Positions 45,273 through 58,802 of a DNA stretch of 64,000 bases are shown piece after piece. The position numbers were made by a program, and so were the translations under genes. Source of the stretch: Iphione sp. A-MEVVRFRX5 (taxonomy: Eukaryota); contig OZ320313.1 in the NCBI GenBank assembly GCA_976226885.1, forward strand, positions 146,754,001 to 146,818,000, read 5' to 3'. The notes under the pieces were generated by a model. That model was not told the DNA's origin. It did not search any database and saw only the letters and a list, made by a program, of their open reading frames with translations. Numbering within the stretch: position 1 is the stretch's first letter; each line of letters begins with the position of its first letter.

Positions 45273-45975
45273 CAGTCCACTCTCTCAATTCTGGACACCC
45301 TCCGTTCTGCTTCAAACCGTCCGCATTTGAGAGGCGTCCGCATTGGAGATCAGATTCGAGGGATCAAGCTTGGAAATATTATCCCCTTCTCCCTCTCTCT
45401 CTACTGAATTTGACCAGTAAAAGTCCTGAATTTGACCAGTAAAAATCCTAAAAGTACTGAATTTGACCAGTAAAAGTCCTAAAAGTCCTGAATTTGACCA
45501 GTTAAAGTCCTAAAAGTACTGAATCCACGGGGGTTATTCATATCTACCTTTGAAAAATGACTTCTGGAGCCTCTCTGAGGCCCCAAATTCGCGTGACAAC
45601 ACCTTGTCCACAGGGGTTATTCCCTCTCCAGGGCATTAGGAACATCAGAGAAGTCGCTGTTGACACTCCCTACCTCTCCCGCCACCCTCTCCAGGGTGTG
45701 AGAGACATCAGAGAGGTCGCCGTTGACACCCCCGGCAGGTATAGACCGCAAATCGGCAGGTTTAGACCGCGAATTGGGGGGTTTAGACCAAGAATAGATT
45801 GGTTTAGACTGATTTCAAGGTGTCCAGAGGGAGACGCTCTCAAAAATTAGCTGTCCTGATTAGAGACATCAGCTTATAATAGGAAACAATAGGAAATCAT
45901 TTTGTTCTGCATCAAATAGTCTGCATTGTAGACACGTCTGCTTCCGAGATGCGTCCGCAGGCAGGGAGTGTACTG
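45273..45975 (-). mobile_element. pogo/Tigger-like MITE
   Basis: Ends TA|cagtccactctctc and gggagtgtactg|TA. Near-identical reverse complement of 47625-48358. Confidence 0.92.
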
Positions 45976-46387
45976 TACTTTCAATTGCACAAACAAAAGT
46001 TTTCATTCAGAGTACTTGTGTTCTTAGAATCAGCTTGAAGCAAATCCTTTCAAGTAGAACAGTGTAACAACATTGTTTTTCGGTGTAAGGTTGTATGTGA
46101 ACAAGGTAGCTCTTATCGTCTGTATCTTTCGAGGTACCCTTAATACTTGGTGCTGTGATGTTATAACATTAAAATGTGTGACAACTATTATTTAGCTACC
46201 TTAAATCATATCCAGATCATGCAATGTTTGTGTGCAGTGTTTGTCAAAGGGATTGGAGTATATCAGAGAGTTGCTCCGACAGTCTCATCAGACTCACCCA
46301 TGCTGATGCCAATGCTGTGCTGTAAAGCTGTGAAGATTTAAGGCTGATAATCAAACCTACTGGTGTGGTGTACCATTTCATGTTACA

Positions 46388-46515
46388 GTGCAAATCTCAT
46401 TGAATTCCTGTCAAATCTGTTTAAATTATGCGTTTCTTGTGCAGATCTCATTGAATTCCTGTCATCTATGTAAACGATGTATACTTTGTGTAGATCTAAT
46501 TAAATTCCTGACAAA
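46388..46515 (+). repeat. Degenerate ~51-bp tandem repeat, about 2.5 copies
   Basis: gtgcaRatctcattgaattcctgtca-like motif at ~46388, ~46440 and ~46489. Confidence 0.7.
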
Positions 46516-47307
46516 TTCTATTCTATTCTGTGTGTGTGTGGAACCATGCTTTAAGTTAGATACAATACTCATAGAGCTACCAGGGTGGAGAGCAGCATAG
46601 CCTCATAGCCACACACACAACACGTCCACACAACACTTGTAGAGCTGTTTTTTCAGCCCACTGAAATCACTGATGTATGAAGCAAGTGCTAGCCAATGGG
46701 CGCTATTGTGGCGACGTGCAGTGCACCCAAAGAAACATTGTATACACTGAAGGGAGCCATGGCTTGAGTGTAAGTGTATGTGTGTGTGTAGAGCTGTGAC
46801 TTTAAGTAAGATACAGCCCTCATAGAATGTGTACTTGATATATTACTGAATAATATCCTCTGCTCTGCCTCGGACATTATTCAGTAATATATCACATACA
46901 GGGCCCTACTCATGCTGTATCTATTACATATTCCATCTCGTTCATATTATTCCCCAAATCTGAATGTGTATTCCACTATTACTAATGTAATGGAGGCAGG
47001 TCCAATCTCTCGCAGACTTGGGTCATGTGAGGCCAAAGGTAAACAAGTATAGGTTCAGGAATACGATATGGTTCTATTATTCATTGATCTGATATTCTGG
47101 TGATGTTTCCGGAACAGATATTACATACTGTTTAGTATGTTTTTTCAAAAACATGCATTACATGACATTCATTGTATGTGAGAGGGCATGTTTCTGTGAA
47201 TAAACAAACATTCTCTCCCTGCACTTTGAGAGAGACACCCAGCAGAGTTCTGCACATGGAGCGAACCAGATTTTTATATGTAGACATCCTTTATTTCATC
47301 CTAATAC

Positions 47308-47547
47308 CAGGCCCGTAGCCAAGGGGGTATTGGGGGTATCGTCCGATACCCCCCACAAAAACCAAGAGTTCCACCTCTCTAGGCCTGTAGCCAAGGGTGT
47401 ATCATGAGAAAGAGGGAGGGAGGGAGGGAGGGAGGGAGAGAGAGGGCATACAAATGTACATGGATTTGCCAGCAGGTGAAATATTTAAGGGAGTTCCACC
47501 TCTCTAATTTGAGATACCCCCCACGAGACTTCCTGGCTACGGGCCTG
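47308..47547 (+). mobile_element. CAGGCCCGTAGCCA-ended MITE with 5-bp TSD (hAT5-like)
   Basis: TIRs caggcccgtagcca / tggctacgggcctg. Both flanks are aatac. Internal (GGGA)n tract. Confidence 0.9.
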
Positions 47548-47624
47548 AATACAGCAGCTAGACCATGCTCCGTCACCTATGTATGTACCAGGTCCACATT
47601 ACAACAGTATGGTCATTTACATTA

Positions 47625-48358
47625 CAGTACACTCCCTGCCTGCGGATGCGTCTCGGAAGCGGACGCGTCTACAATGCGGACGATTTGACGCAGAACAAAA
47701 TGATTTCCTATTGTTTCGTATTATAAGCTGACGTCTCTAATCAGGACAGCTAATTTTTGAGAGCGTCTCCCTCTGGACACCTTGAAATCAGTCTAAACCA
47801 ATCTATTCTTGGTCTAAACCCCCCAATTCACGGTCTAAACCTGCCGATTTGCGGTCTATACCCGCTGGGGGTGTCAACGGCGACCTCTCTGATGTCTCTC
47901 ACACCCTGGAGAGGGTCGCGGGAGAGGTAGGGAATGTCAACAGCGACTTCTCTGATGTTCCTAACGCCCTGGCGAGGGAATAACCCCTCTGGACAAGGTG
48001 TTGTCGCACGAATTTGGGGCCTCAGAGAGGCTCCAGAAGTCATTTTTCAAAGGTAGATATGAATAACCCCCGTGGATTCAGTACTTTTAGGACTTTAACT
48101 GGTCAAATTCAGGACTTTTAGGACATTTACTGGTCAAATTCAGTACTTTTAAGACTCTTACTGGTCAAATTCAGTACTTTTAGGACTTTTACTGGTCAAA
48201 TTCAAGACTTTTACTGGTCAAATTCAGTAGAGAGAGCGGGAGAAGGGGATAATATTTCCAAGCTTGACCCCTCCAGTCCGATCTCCAATGCGGACGCCTC
48301 TCAAATGCGGACGGTTTGAAGCAGAACGGAGGGTGTCCGGAATTGAGAGAGTGGACTG
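47625..48358 (+). mobile_element. pogo/Tigger-like MITE
   Basis: Ends TA|cagtacactccc and gagagagtggactg|TA. Confidence 0.92.
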
Positions 48359-51300
48359 TATATAATTACAAGTGCACTTGCACTTGTTGTATAAGGTAAG
48401 GCAAGAGATTTTTGGAAAACCCTTATCTTACAGGTGAGAACGAAAACACACATGGACGCACGCATTTATATGTGATCACCCGGATAACAATCTATGTTCT
48501 ACAAAAAAATTATAAATGGAAAAAATTCTGTATTCCCACTGTGGGATTTGAACTTTTTTTTGTTATTTAAATTCTAATGCATAACCCTCTGTACTATCTT
48601 GATTTCCTATTGCATCATGTTAAAAAATTCTGATTCATTGTCTAATGGAACTAAATTACAATGTTGTAGAAACATTGCTAACCATACTACAACATTTCAG
48701 GAACATATTGTTGGCTTTCTCCATTGAAGTCAACACAAAGTACAATTTCATAGTTTATTCAAGAACATCCACTCAACAACTACAACTTAACTCTGCAAAA
48801 ACACAATTTATATACAAGCAAAAAACCCCCTGCAACAGCGCCAACCTCTATGTCCTCGACCCTCTGCCACCTGACCCTCCGCTGGCCTAGCTCTAGCAAT
48901 GCCCAATAGTATCATATCAATGTGACCTGAATATTATGATTGATGCATTTTATGAATTTGCTTTCTTATCTAACCAGACCCCAGTGTTTGAGGAACATTT
49001 AATTCCAACATTACTGGAACATTCTAATTTAGTATTTATACAATGTTGTATGGAGGTTTTCTTAATCTTACTAAACCACACTGTTCTGTAAATATTTCAA
49101 TCTAACATTACCTAAATGTTATTATTTAACATTTATATAACATTGTGTAAAGGTTTTTGTTAACCTAAACAAATTAAACATTTATACAATTTTTATAATG
49201 TGTCATGCTTAATAATGAAGTAATACAAAGTGTCACGCCCTCTTGTGGAATTTTAACTATTAACCAGCCTGGATGCACTGTAGTTTTTCTTGGGTAATTT
49301 CCCTTTAGGTATAGTCCTACTGTTAACTCTCCCACTTCAGTCTAATCCAGCTATTTCCTTAGGCTTTACTGCCTTAGAAGTTCCACTGGCTCTCATAGGC
49401 TTAGCCCATGTATCCTTTCCCAAGGTAATCCAAGTGGGTATAGTCCCTTAATGCTTCCCAGAAGGATAAGGTCCACAAGTGAGTCCAATTCCAAAGTGAT
49501 TTTATTGGCCACACAAGACCCATATTTATAGTCATCCTTGGGGTCATGTGACAGACTTGTCATGAAACTTTGTAACCACCTTTGGAAGGGAAATGCTACA
49601 GGTCTCCTTTAGAGGTTCTAAAAATAGCTCCTGCCTTGGCCATACAGATGCAACTGGTTACTATAAATAGACTGACCAATCAGAGGCCTTCATTTTTAAC
49701 AAAACTGCTTAGGTGTACTCAAGCCCTACAACTACTCCCCAGTACAGGGGTCACTGAGTACAGCTTATCAAGACTGAGTGCTTGGGAGTACTCAAGTACG
49801 ACTGAGTACAGCTATCAATACCAGATGCTTGGGTGTACCCAAGCACTACAGCTACTCCCCTGCATCCCAACTCATCACCACACTGTCAAATAGCCATGCC
49901 CACCCATCCCAACATGACAGTCATACTTTTAGTATGGTCACATACAATGTTCAAACTAAAAAAATGGTTTCTAGTCACACTGTTAGTGCACTGCACTTTT
50001 CCAAATTCTTTGAAAATTAATATACATGTAGTTGCTGCACCATGTTCTCAGTGGATATATGTCCATACATTTACATAACAATGTAATGACATATGACAGT
50101 CATAAGTCTAATACAATCACATGTGAGTGGCAGTGTCACTTGAATGTCATCTGTGCAGTGGTTACACAAATCACATGACAAATTGGCATGTCATTGGCTA
50201 TGGAATGCTTTGCTTGACAGATATCATGACTGTAAAACAGGTTGTTCTGTCATGTGGTGATACATCAATTGCCAACCCAGACACTTTAATGTCAAAATCA
50301 CCACTCTTTTAGAGATACATTCCTGTAAATATGACAAATATGTGCACATTCTTGACAGTTTGCGGAAAAAGACCATCAAACTTGATACATGATTAGGCAT
50401 TTTCTCGATATGTACATCTTCTTTCATTGCAGCCGTTTCACGTGCTGATATATTTAGACCAGCCTTCCAGGTAACCAGGTATTACTCACTGTTGTTGAAA
50501 TCTATTACAATCATGCATCCATATCCAGGAAAACTCGTACAAGCCAGATGGCCAAACAGGATATGCATCCATGCTTTGTATCCAGATACATGGCTAAGGA
50601 TATAGTAGATGCTTATGTATGCATGATTTTTCCCGCATGTTTCCCGCATGTATCCCGTGCCTGAATAAGTGGATATAGAAAAAGCACCTCATATAGAAAC
50701 AGAACTATATATGCTGATAGATGAATGTGTTTTCCCACTATATAAAATTCCATATGTCCAACCATCTTTTTAGACATTACTTTCTCAGCACCTCACCTCT
50801 ATTTGGTGGATGTAAAGGAAACTATACAAATATAGGGGCATGTTTCAACTGGAGCACAAATCTGAATGTTGTGACTTTAAATAAACGGGGTTGGTAATAT
50901 GGGGGCATATATGCATTCTGGTATCTTGATTACAGGAATGATGAAACTGAGGGTCAAGTTAGAATGTTTCAATATAAAGTACCACCTAAGGAACTAGGTG
51001 AAAATGGTTGCACCTGCGAGTTGGTCGCCTTTCTGAATTCATAAGACCAGACATATCTTGTTATATCTTGACATATCTTCTCCACACCCACAGGAGGCTC
51101 CAACATATTGTTTAACTGGGCTAATTCCCAAGGACGGGGGTGTTAGTACATCTACTAATGTCTGCGCATCCGCAGGAGGCTTGAAGGGGGATGTTTTAAT
51201 GCCTATAGGAGTCATGATTATATCGAACAGACCATGACTGGGGTGTTGGTAGAGGGTCTCCTGTTGTCTCCATGTCCGAAGGAGGCCGAATTATATCGTC

Positions 51301-51519
51301 ATCCCTTGTAAATTGCTTATTGAACTTCGTGGTCCTAGGGTGACTTGCCCGCAGATGCGGGTTGGTCATATTTCTGGAGAAATAGTCCATTAGCTTATAT
51401 AGAATGCTCACTGGGACTTACAAAATTCGGCAGTTAGTGTTCATCTGCTACATACTAGAGTTCTTCACTGGCAGACTGACCTCTAAACTCTGAGGTTTAT
51501 TCTGTCTGATAGCACACTA

Positions 51520-54500
51520 CAAATCTAGCCAGGATGGTGGTTTTACTGTTCTTCTAGCTCTTGTTCTTGGTTGTGCTTTCATTCAAGGACCGTTAGGTGA
51601 TATGGGTGGTCCCACTGTAGTTGACAGTAGGGCTGAAGGTGGTTTTGGGTTCGGTGAAGATGCTTTGGATGGACTTGGTGTTACATATGTACCTGACCAT
51701 CATGTTCCACTGTCAAAGCATGTTCCTTCATGTGCATCAATGCTCCTTGATTCCTCCTTACAGTGGTGCCTAGGTCTGTTTTTACTTGGTATGACCTAGG
51801 CTAGGTGCACCACTTGATGATTGATCTATCATGATCTTGATCTATCATGATCTTTGATCCATACCATGTCACATTTTTCCAGGGGTTTTAGAGGGATGGT
51901 GTGGTGTTGCCTGGTTATGTTTTTGGCTGACTTTTGCCGATACTTCTCCTTCCCCTGGACTTTCTCCATTTGCATTTTTTCTACCATCTGCTGCAAATTG
52001 TCATTGTAGTTAGGGTGGTATGCAGTTATTGACCCATGAGGAGTTGACTTGGAGACAGGCCATTCTGTAATGGAGCAGACCTGTATGAAAGGAAGCAGAG
52101 GTACTGATTGTCATTTTTTTGCCAGACGTTCTTTGCAGTCTCGACAGCTCTCTCTGCTTCTCCATTAGCTTGCAAGTGTAGAGGAGATGAGATCATGTGT
52201 GTGAATCCACATTTGGATGCAAATGACTTGAAGAGATCTGATGAATATTGTGGCCCGTTGCCAGACACCACAATGTCAGGGATACCATGGGTAGCAAAGG
52301 TAGTGGACTTCAATCTATCTCAATAAACAGTCCACCACTGTAACATAGTTGCTCTTCTCAAACTCAAATAAGTTCATCCCAATCCTCTCCCATGGACGGC
52401 TAGGAAAAGCGGAAGGCTTCATTGGTTCACTGTTTTCAGGACAGATTTTGCAGCAGACACCACATTTGGCAACCATCTCCTCAATAGGCCCTCACTCTGC
52501 ATTTGTTAATGCCCAGATGACACTGGTGTTGCTGATCTAGCCCTTCAAGTTGAACAGCTCTTGGTATGACAATGCAGCTGCAATATATACGCAGGTTGTT
52601 GATGATAGCCAGATGTTGTCCATTTTCCCAGTAAGGGCATAGTAGAAGCTGCTCTGGCATATATACATTGGCCATCCTGATGTGCAGATGTTTTTCACTG
52701 ATGTTTTTCACTTTGGAACATTCAGCATCAGCATCTTGTGCTGTCTTGATTTCTCCAAGACAGGGTTTTGTGGCTGGTAAGATAGGCACATGTAATAGCA
52801 TATCAGCTGTCACATGGTACTTGTTCTGTACATGGACAACCTCTGGGTTGAAATGCATCATCCTCAGCCTAAACCTCAATATTCTGGGAGGGATCTTGAA
52901 CAGATCAGTGGCTGAAAGGAGTGGGACTAGAGGCCTCTGGTCTGTTTCAAGCATGAAGTGTAGTCCTGTAATGTACTCGGCAAATTTCTCGCTTGCCTAT
53001 TTTGCGGCCAAAGCCTCCTTCTCAATGACAGTGTATTTTGACTCTGTGTTACTGAGTGACCTTCATGCATATAAAACTGCTCTCTGGCTGCCATCTTCAT
53101 CTAATGATAGTAGAATTGCCCCAAGGCTGTCTTTGCTAGCATCTGCTGTGATGATGGTTTAGCAATTTGAATCATAGTGGCTGAGTGTTTCAGTGGAGGA
53201 TACTTTTTCCTTGATTTCCTTGAAGGACTGTTCCTGTGCCTTGTCCCAGGTCCAGGTCCATCCAGGGTCCTTCTTGAGAAGCTGACACAGTGGTTCATTA
53301 GTACTTGCCAGACCTGGGAGGAACTCTGTGAGATTGTTCAGCATTCCATTAAACCTCTGCAGCTCAGTCACATTGTAGGTCGGGGAAACTCATTTTGCCC
53401 TCATCTTGGCTGGGTCTGTTTCAATTCCTCCAGCTGAGATGATGTGGCCTAGGAATATAATTTTCCTTTTTGAAAATTCCAAGTTGCTGCTGAGAGTGAT
53501 CCCTGCATTCTGGAGTCATTGAAGGACTCTTCTGACTCTCTCATTATGCTCTGTCTCATTCTGTCCATGGATTGGCACATCATCCATGTGACAGATAATG
53601 CCCTTGCCTTCCAGATCCTGCAGAATGTTTGACATTGTTCACTGAGAGTTTGCTAGAGCAGAGCTTATCCCAAAGGGTAGGCAGTTGAAATAATAGCTCC
53701 CAAAGGGTGTGATGAAGGCTGTCAGAAGCCTTGAATCACTATCAAGTGGGATCTGCCAAAACCCAGAGTTGATGTCAAGCTTTGATAAGATCATACTTCA
53801 TTTAAACTGTGCCAGGTTTTTGTCCACAGACTTCATGGGAAGAATTTCTCACTGAATGGCCATGTTTAGACATGTCAGGTCCACACAAATACAATCCTTG
53901 CCATTAGGTTTCAGAACCGGGACCATTCCTGAACACCACTGTGTTGGTTCTGTCACAGGTGAGATGAGCCTTTGTTCCAGCATTGTTTTCAGCTCTGCCT
54001 TGACTTGGGGAAGTAGGGGATGTGATACCTTCCTGGCTGTGTAAAGACATACTGGGTCTGTATCTTTACCTAAAGATATATGATGTGTATCACTGAGCTT
54101 TCCAAGCCCCTTGAAAATCTGAGGGTGTTCATCTCTGAAGCTTGGAATTTCCTTGTTGACCTTGTACACCATCTCGAATACTGTTATCAGCCCAAGTGCC
54201 TCAAATGCTTTTTTGCTGATTAGCGATGTCCCCTGGTTCTCCAAGATGTAAATCGTCTCCTGGTGCTCCTTTTCTGGTACTGTGCAGCTAGTGCACCGAG
54301 AATCTGCAGCTTTGTTCCACCAAGCCCTCATAGCTACTGCTTTGTCAGTATGAGCTTGTAGCCTGTTAGTGATGTATCCTTATCACTGATAATTTTCAAC
54401 TCTCTGCCTGTATCCGGCTTGAATTTGGTAGTGTGTCCATCAAATGCAACAACCACAGACCAGAATTTCTCATTTCCTTTCACCTCACTGAGGAAAGATG

Positions 54501-55413
54501 TTTCACCCCCATCTTCATACCCATACTTCACTTTGTATACTTTCTTGGCCTTAGACTTGCACACAGCCTGAAAATTACTTTTTTTCCCCACAGGAGTTGC
54601 ATGACCCATCTTTAGGTTTGCACAAATGTCATGGATGTGGTGAAGGACCACACCAGCTGCACTTCCCACTGGATGGCTTCTGCCCATCTGCTGATGCCTT
54701 CTGCCTGTCCTGAGATCTTTGCATGTTACAGGGCCCATGCTGCTCCTTGTTTTCCTTGTTTCTATGTCCCTATGTATAGTCAACTGACTCACCTGTACTA
54801 TGTGACTCCTTGGTGCCATCAATCTGTGGTTTGTGTGTTTGGGACAACTCACAAGCCTGTATAGTCTCAATGCATCTATTGAGATCAGGAACAGGACCCT
54901 CATGGAGAAGGGGATCATAAGTGAGTGTCTGTTGCACTGATAAAGAGATGATCACATATAATTTAAGACTTTCACTGATCTTTCAGTGCTTTGAATTCAC
55001 ACAAGGTTGCAAGTTATCATAGCATAACAAGTACTTGTCAATGGTCTCATTGCCTGGTTGGTTTGCTGAATTAAACTTGTAATGCTCAAAAAGGACATGA
55101 CATTGAGGGATAAAGAAATGCTCCCTGAGGCATCCAGTAATTATATCCGGCTTCTTTTTATACTCATCAGACACTGTTGGAAGGGATTTCATAATTTGTA
55201 GGCATTCAATACTGTCTGAAGTTCACCACGCTCTGTGTTTCTAGTGCAGCCCAGTGTCCTAAACATCTTGTCCTGAAGAGGATAAGCCCATGCAACTTTC
55301 TCATTTATTATCGATTTTGAGAAAGGAAAACTTATTGGAAGGCTAGATTAGGTTCTTTATTCTTATACCTAGGATGAACTGTTTAGTTGTTGTATACAAA
55401 TAATCTCACTACA
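51520..55413 (-). mobile_element. Decayed Ty3/Gypsy LTR retrotransposon (gag-PR-RT-RNaseH-IN)
   Basis: Gag FIPQCHVLFEHYKF with a CNSCGKKSNFQAVC knuckle, PR FKPDTG, RT WCSGMVPVLKPNG..CVDL, FWQIPL, LPFGISSA and CHMDD, RNase H ADASKDSLGAIL and ETDQRPL, IN GIPDIVVSGNGPQY and QANGEAERAV, and a C-terminal RSYQV..RRN..KPPSWL. Domain order is Gypsy-type, with many stops and frameshifts. Confidence 0.95.
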
Positions 55414-55775
55414 ATACACACACATGCACACACACTCATACACACGGTAGCCTGTGTGAAGCTCTGCCTTACTTTTTCAGCTCTACGAAGTATGTATCAC
55501 ACTTAAAGTCACCACTCCCTTGTGTTATTATCATCATCTTGTCTGAAGAGGTGCCTTGACGCCATTCTGTTTTTGAAGGAATGACTGAGATCTGCACCTT
55601 GCTATAATCTATATTCTTGTGGTGGCCTGTTTGAATGTGTAACATATTACAACAGTTTCTCATATAGTATAGGCACAAAGAGCATTTAAGATGACAGCAG
55701 TGCTTTAATAAGATATTTAGCAGTTGGTTGTATAGAACTTAATAGAAGAGCACAGAAATAATCACAGTTAGTATG

Positions 55776-56009
55776 CAGGCCCGTAGCCAAGGGGGTATCA
55801 GGGGTATTGTCTGATACCCCCCATAGAACCCAAGAGTTCCACGGGGGGATGGGGGAGAAAGAGAGAGAAGGACAGAGAGAGACAGAGACAGAGGGTGGAG
55901 AGAGAGGAAGGAAGACCTCTCTAACCAGGAGTTACACCTCTATAGCTAAGAGTTTCACCTCCCTAATTTGAGATACTCCCCCCCACAAGACTTCCTGGCT
56001 ACGGATCTG
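55776..56009 (+). mobile_element. CAGGCCCGTAGCCA-ended MITE (hAT5-like)
   Basis: Ends caggcccgtagcca and tggctacggatctg. Flanks are gtatg and gtaca. Internal GA-rich tract. Confidence 0.85.
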
Positions 56010-56663
56010 GTACATACAGCATAAAAACATTATTACAAATAGGTTATAAAAGCAGTAACTATGTCATACGTAATAACGTCTGTCTATGAGTTCTCTGCTT
56101 ACAGTTCAATAGACCGATCGTACAATTTAACACATGGGATTAATCGAGAGATGACACACTTTTAACCTACAACTGATTCAGCTGTAGGAGAAAGCAGTTC
56201 AAAATACGAGATAATGACACTAGTGGCAGAACGTCTCTAAGTTACGTACAATCAGTCAATTATTAATTGGATGGCGAAAATTGATGAACAACAATAGTTT
56301 TTTAATAGGCACTTGCCTTTTTATTTCTGAAGGGAACATAGTACAAGTGACGTAGAGTGTGCCTGTTTTTGTATTTGAATAAAACCGCACAAATAGAGAG
56401 ATATATTCTAAGTAGGAACAGATGTGTGAGAGACTGGTTGGAGGTATCGGTACACCACATTTCTCCGGAGATTATCTTTAATGTAATGGTCTCTTCTGGT
56501 TATAGAGCCTGGGAAATTAACCTTAGCACAGTAGCCTACTTGGTTCTACTTTTAAACATCCGTAGAGTTCTTAAAAGTAACCTGGACACATATAGGTGGC
56601 CTCTAACACTAATTTGTTGTCTGGGTGCCACATAAGCAAGACTGGTGACCGAGATTAACCTTA

Positions 56664-57015
56664 GGCCAAAAATATAGGTATGTTTCTGGTAATGACCAGC
56701 CAAAAACCTAGGTAGGGAGGGGGGTATCTTTTTAAAAAATTTTTTTTTAAACATTTTTTCCCACTTTCTTTCTCTTGTTTTCAATAATAAAGACAATATG
56801 AAAATTGTTGACCAATTTACATGAGTTTTACAGGTTTTTTTAAATTGAATTTTCATGGATTTTGTTGTTTTCTACTGAATTTACCAAAAATATACATGCA
56901 TACCTAAGGAAATTCAGCCTCGAAAACTCTTTGGGGCCAAAATGTTTTTAGGTGGGGTGAGGTTTTACTAGGTACAGGTGGGTGACCAGAAACATGCCTA
57001 TTTGTTTTTTCCCCC
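56664..57015 (-). mobile_element. Harbinger-like MITE
   Basis: Inverted homologue of 31756-32101, with flanks TTA and TAA. Confidence 0.75.
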
Positions 57016-57670
57016 TAATAGTATATAAGCTTTTCATTGCAAATTTCTAAAAGTAACCTGAACATAGGCCTATAGCTAGGTGGCCTCTAACATTAAGTCT
57101 AATCTGTTGCCTGGGCGACACATAAGAAAGACCGGTGAGATTAACCATAAAAGTATAGACTTTTTCAAGTTTCAAAGCACCTGAACAAAAGTAATATGAA
57201 CACACACAAGTGGCATTGTTATCCCCGTGTACAAGAACGGTTAACAATGTTAACAGTGGAAAGACAGGCCGCTAACGATTCACCAGGTAGCAGCAGCAAA
57301 GGTGACAAGGGCTCACCTATCGTCATATATAGGAACAAGATAGAGTTTCGATAACCTAAGTGGACACAAAACAAATGTGCAGATCGATATTTTGATGATA
57401 TATGAAACGGTTATTTTGATAACAGCGAAGAACATCTACTGATTAATACTTTCGGGAAAGTGGGGGGGGGGGATAAGATTTATAACATGTTTCAGTGACA
57501 AACCTATTACAACGGCTCTCACAGAGTGGGTAAAAAATCATAACATCCGTCTCGCACAGAAGGTTGAATGGCGGGTCTTTCGTCTGCCGTTTTCAGTCGT
57601 TTTCTGTAGGAGGCTGTCACGGTTGCAACAGCGTGTAGATGTATACACATGTTATTGCAAAATTTGGACA

Positions 57671-58719
57671 ATGTCGCCAATCCAAGTAGAATTAAATGAT
57701 CGAACGGTCCTCATCGAGTCATCACTTCTACTTCGCCTACAGGTTCGAACATGTCTCTTGACTAGCTCTACGCCAGTCGTCCCTACTCAAATACTTTTGA
57801 AAATGGTGAATCAGTAACCAGGATTTTCCGACAAACTATTTCATCATTGCCACTGTCATGTATACAGTCTAATTTATGAAACGGCCAGTACCTAGCAGAG
57901 TTAAGACATCCGCTAAACCTTTCGCTCCGGATCATGTTTCACATAAAAGCTGTAATTTTATTTTTAGACAATGAAAATACGTGGCAAGGGAGTTGACTGT
58001 CTCATGGCTGTATTTTTAGTGGGGGAGGGAGCACGCCTTGTTATTCGAAACCAGATTATCGATTTTTGCGATTTATAGGCAGGATGTTCAGTCGACAGAC
58101 CCTTGTTGAAATGATACTTGTTTTCCACATGGAGTATTCGATAAAGTTGCTTTCTGGAATAAGTCTTAGATCAAAGATTGATCGAGTTAGGGTTGGGTTT
58201 AGATAAAGTACCTGGTCATCAAGTAGTTCTAAAGTTTGATGGTATGCGGTCGTTAGCTGACAGTGACATTAGCCTACAGTCATTAGCCTGCAAAAGCAGT
58301 GGTGCAGCGGCGGCAGGGAGGCCGGGGCACCTGACAGGGGTGTTAGTGCAAAAAAAATGGTAGTGGGGGCGGCAGGGAGGATGGGGAACTACAGCTAGAA
58401 GGGTGTTAGGGCAAACTGTAGTGGCTGAGGGTATCTGGTCAATGCCCAGTCAAATGGGCCCTGCCGATTTTAGCGGTATGAAACAGGCTGATCAGTAGGA
58501 CCTCCATGAAAACCCACACAATTTCCACTGATCAATCTCCATATGTGTACATACCTCCGTACAGATTTTACTCTTGTTGTTTAAGTCCCACACCGCTCAC
58601 AGTGACTGCCACTCACAACAACTGTCAGTGGCCACTGCTCACAGTGACTACTGCTCACAGTGACTGGATACCAAGCATGGACTTCAGAGGGGACAAGGGC
58701 TGACAGAGAGAGAGAGATT

Positions 58720-58802
<83 letters not shown>

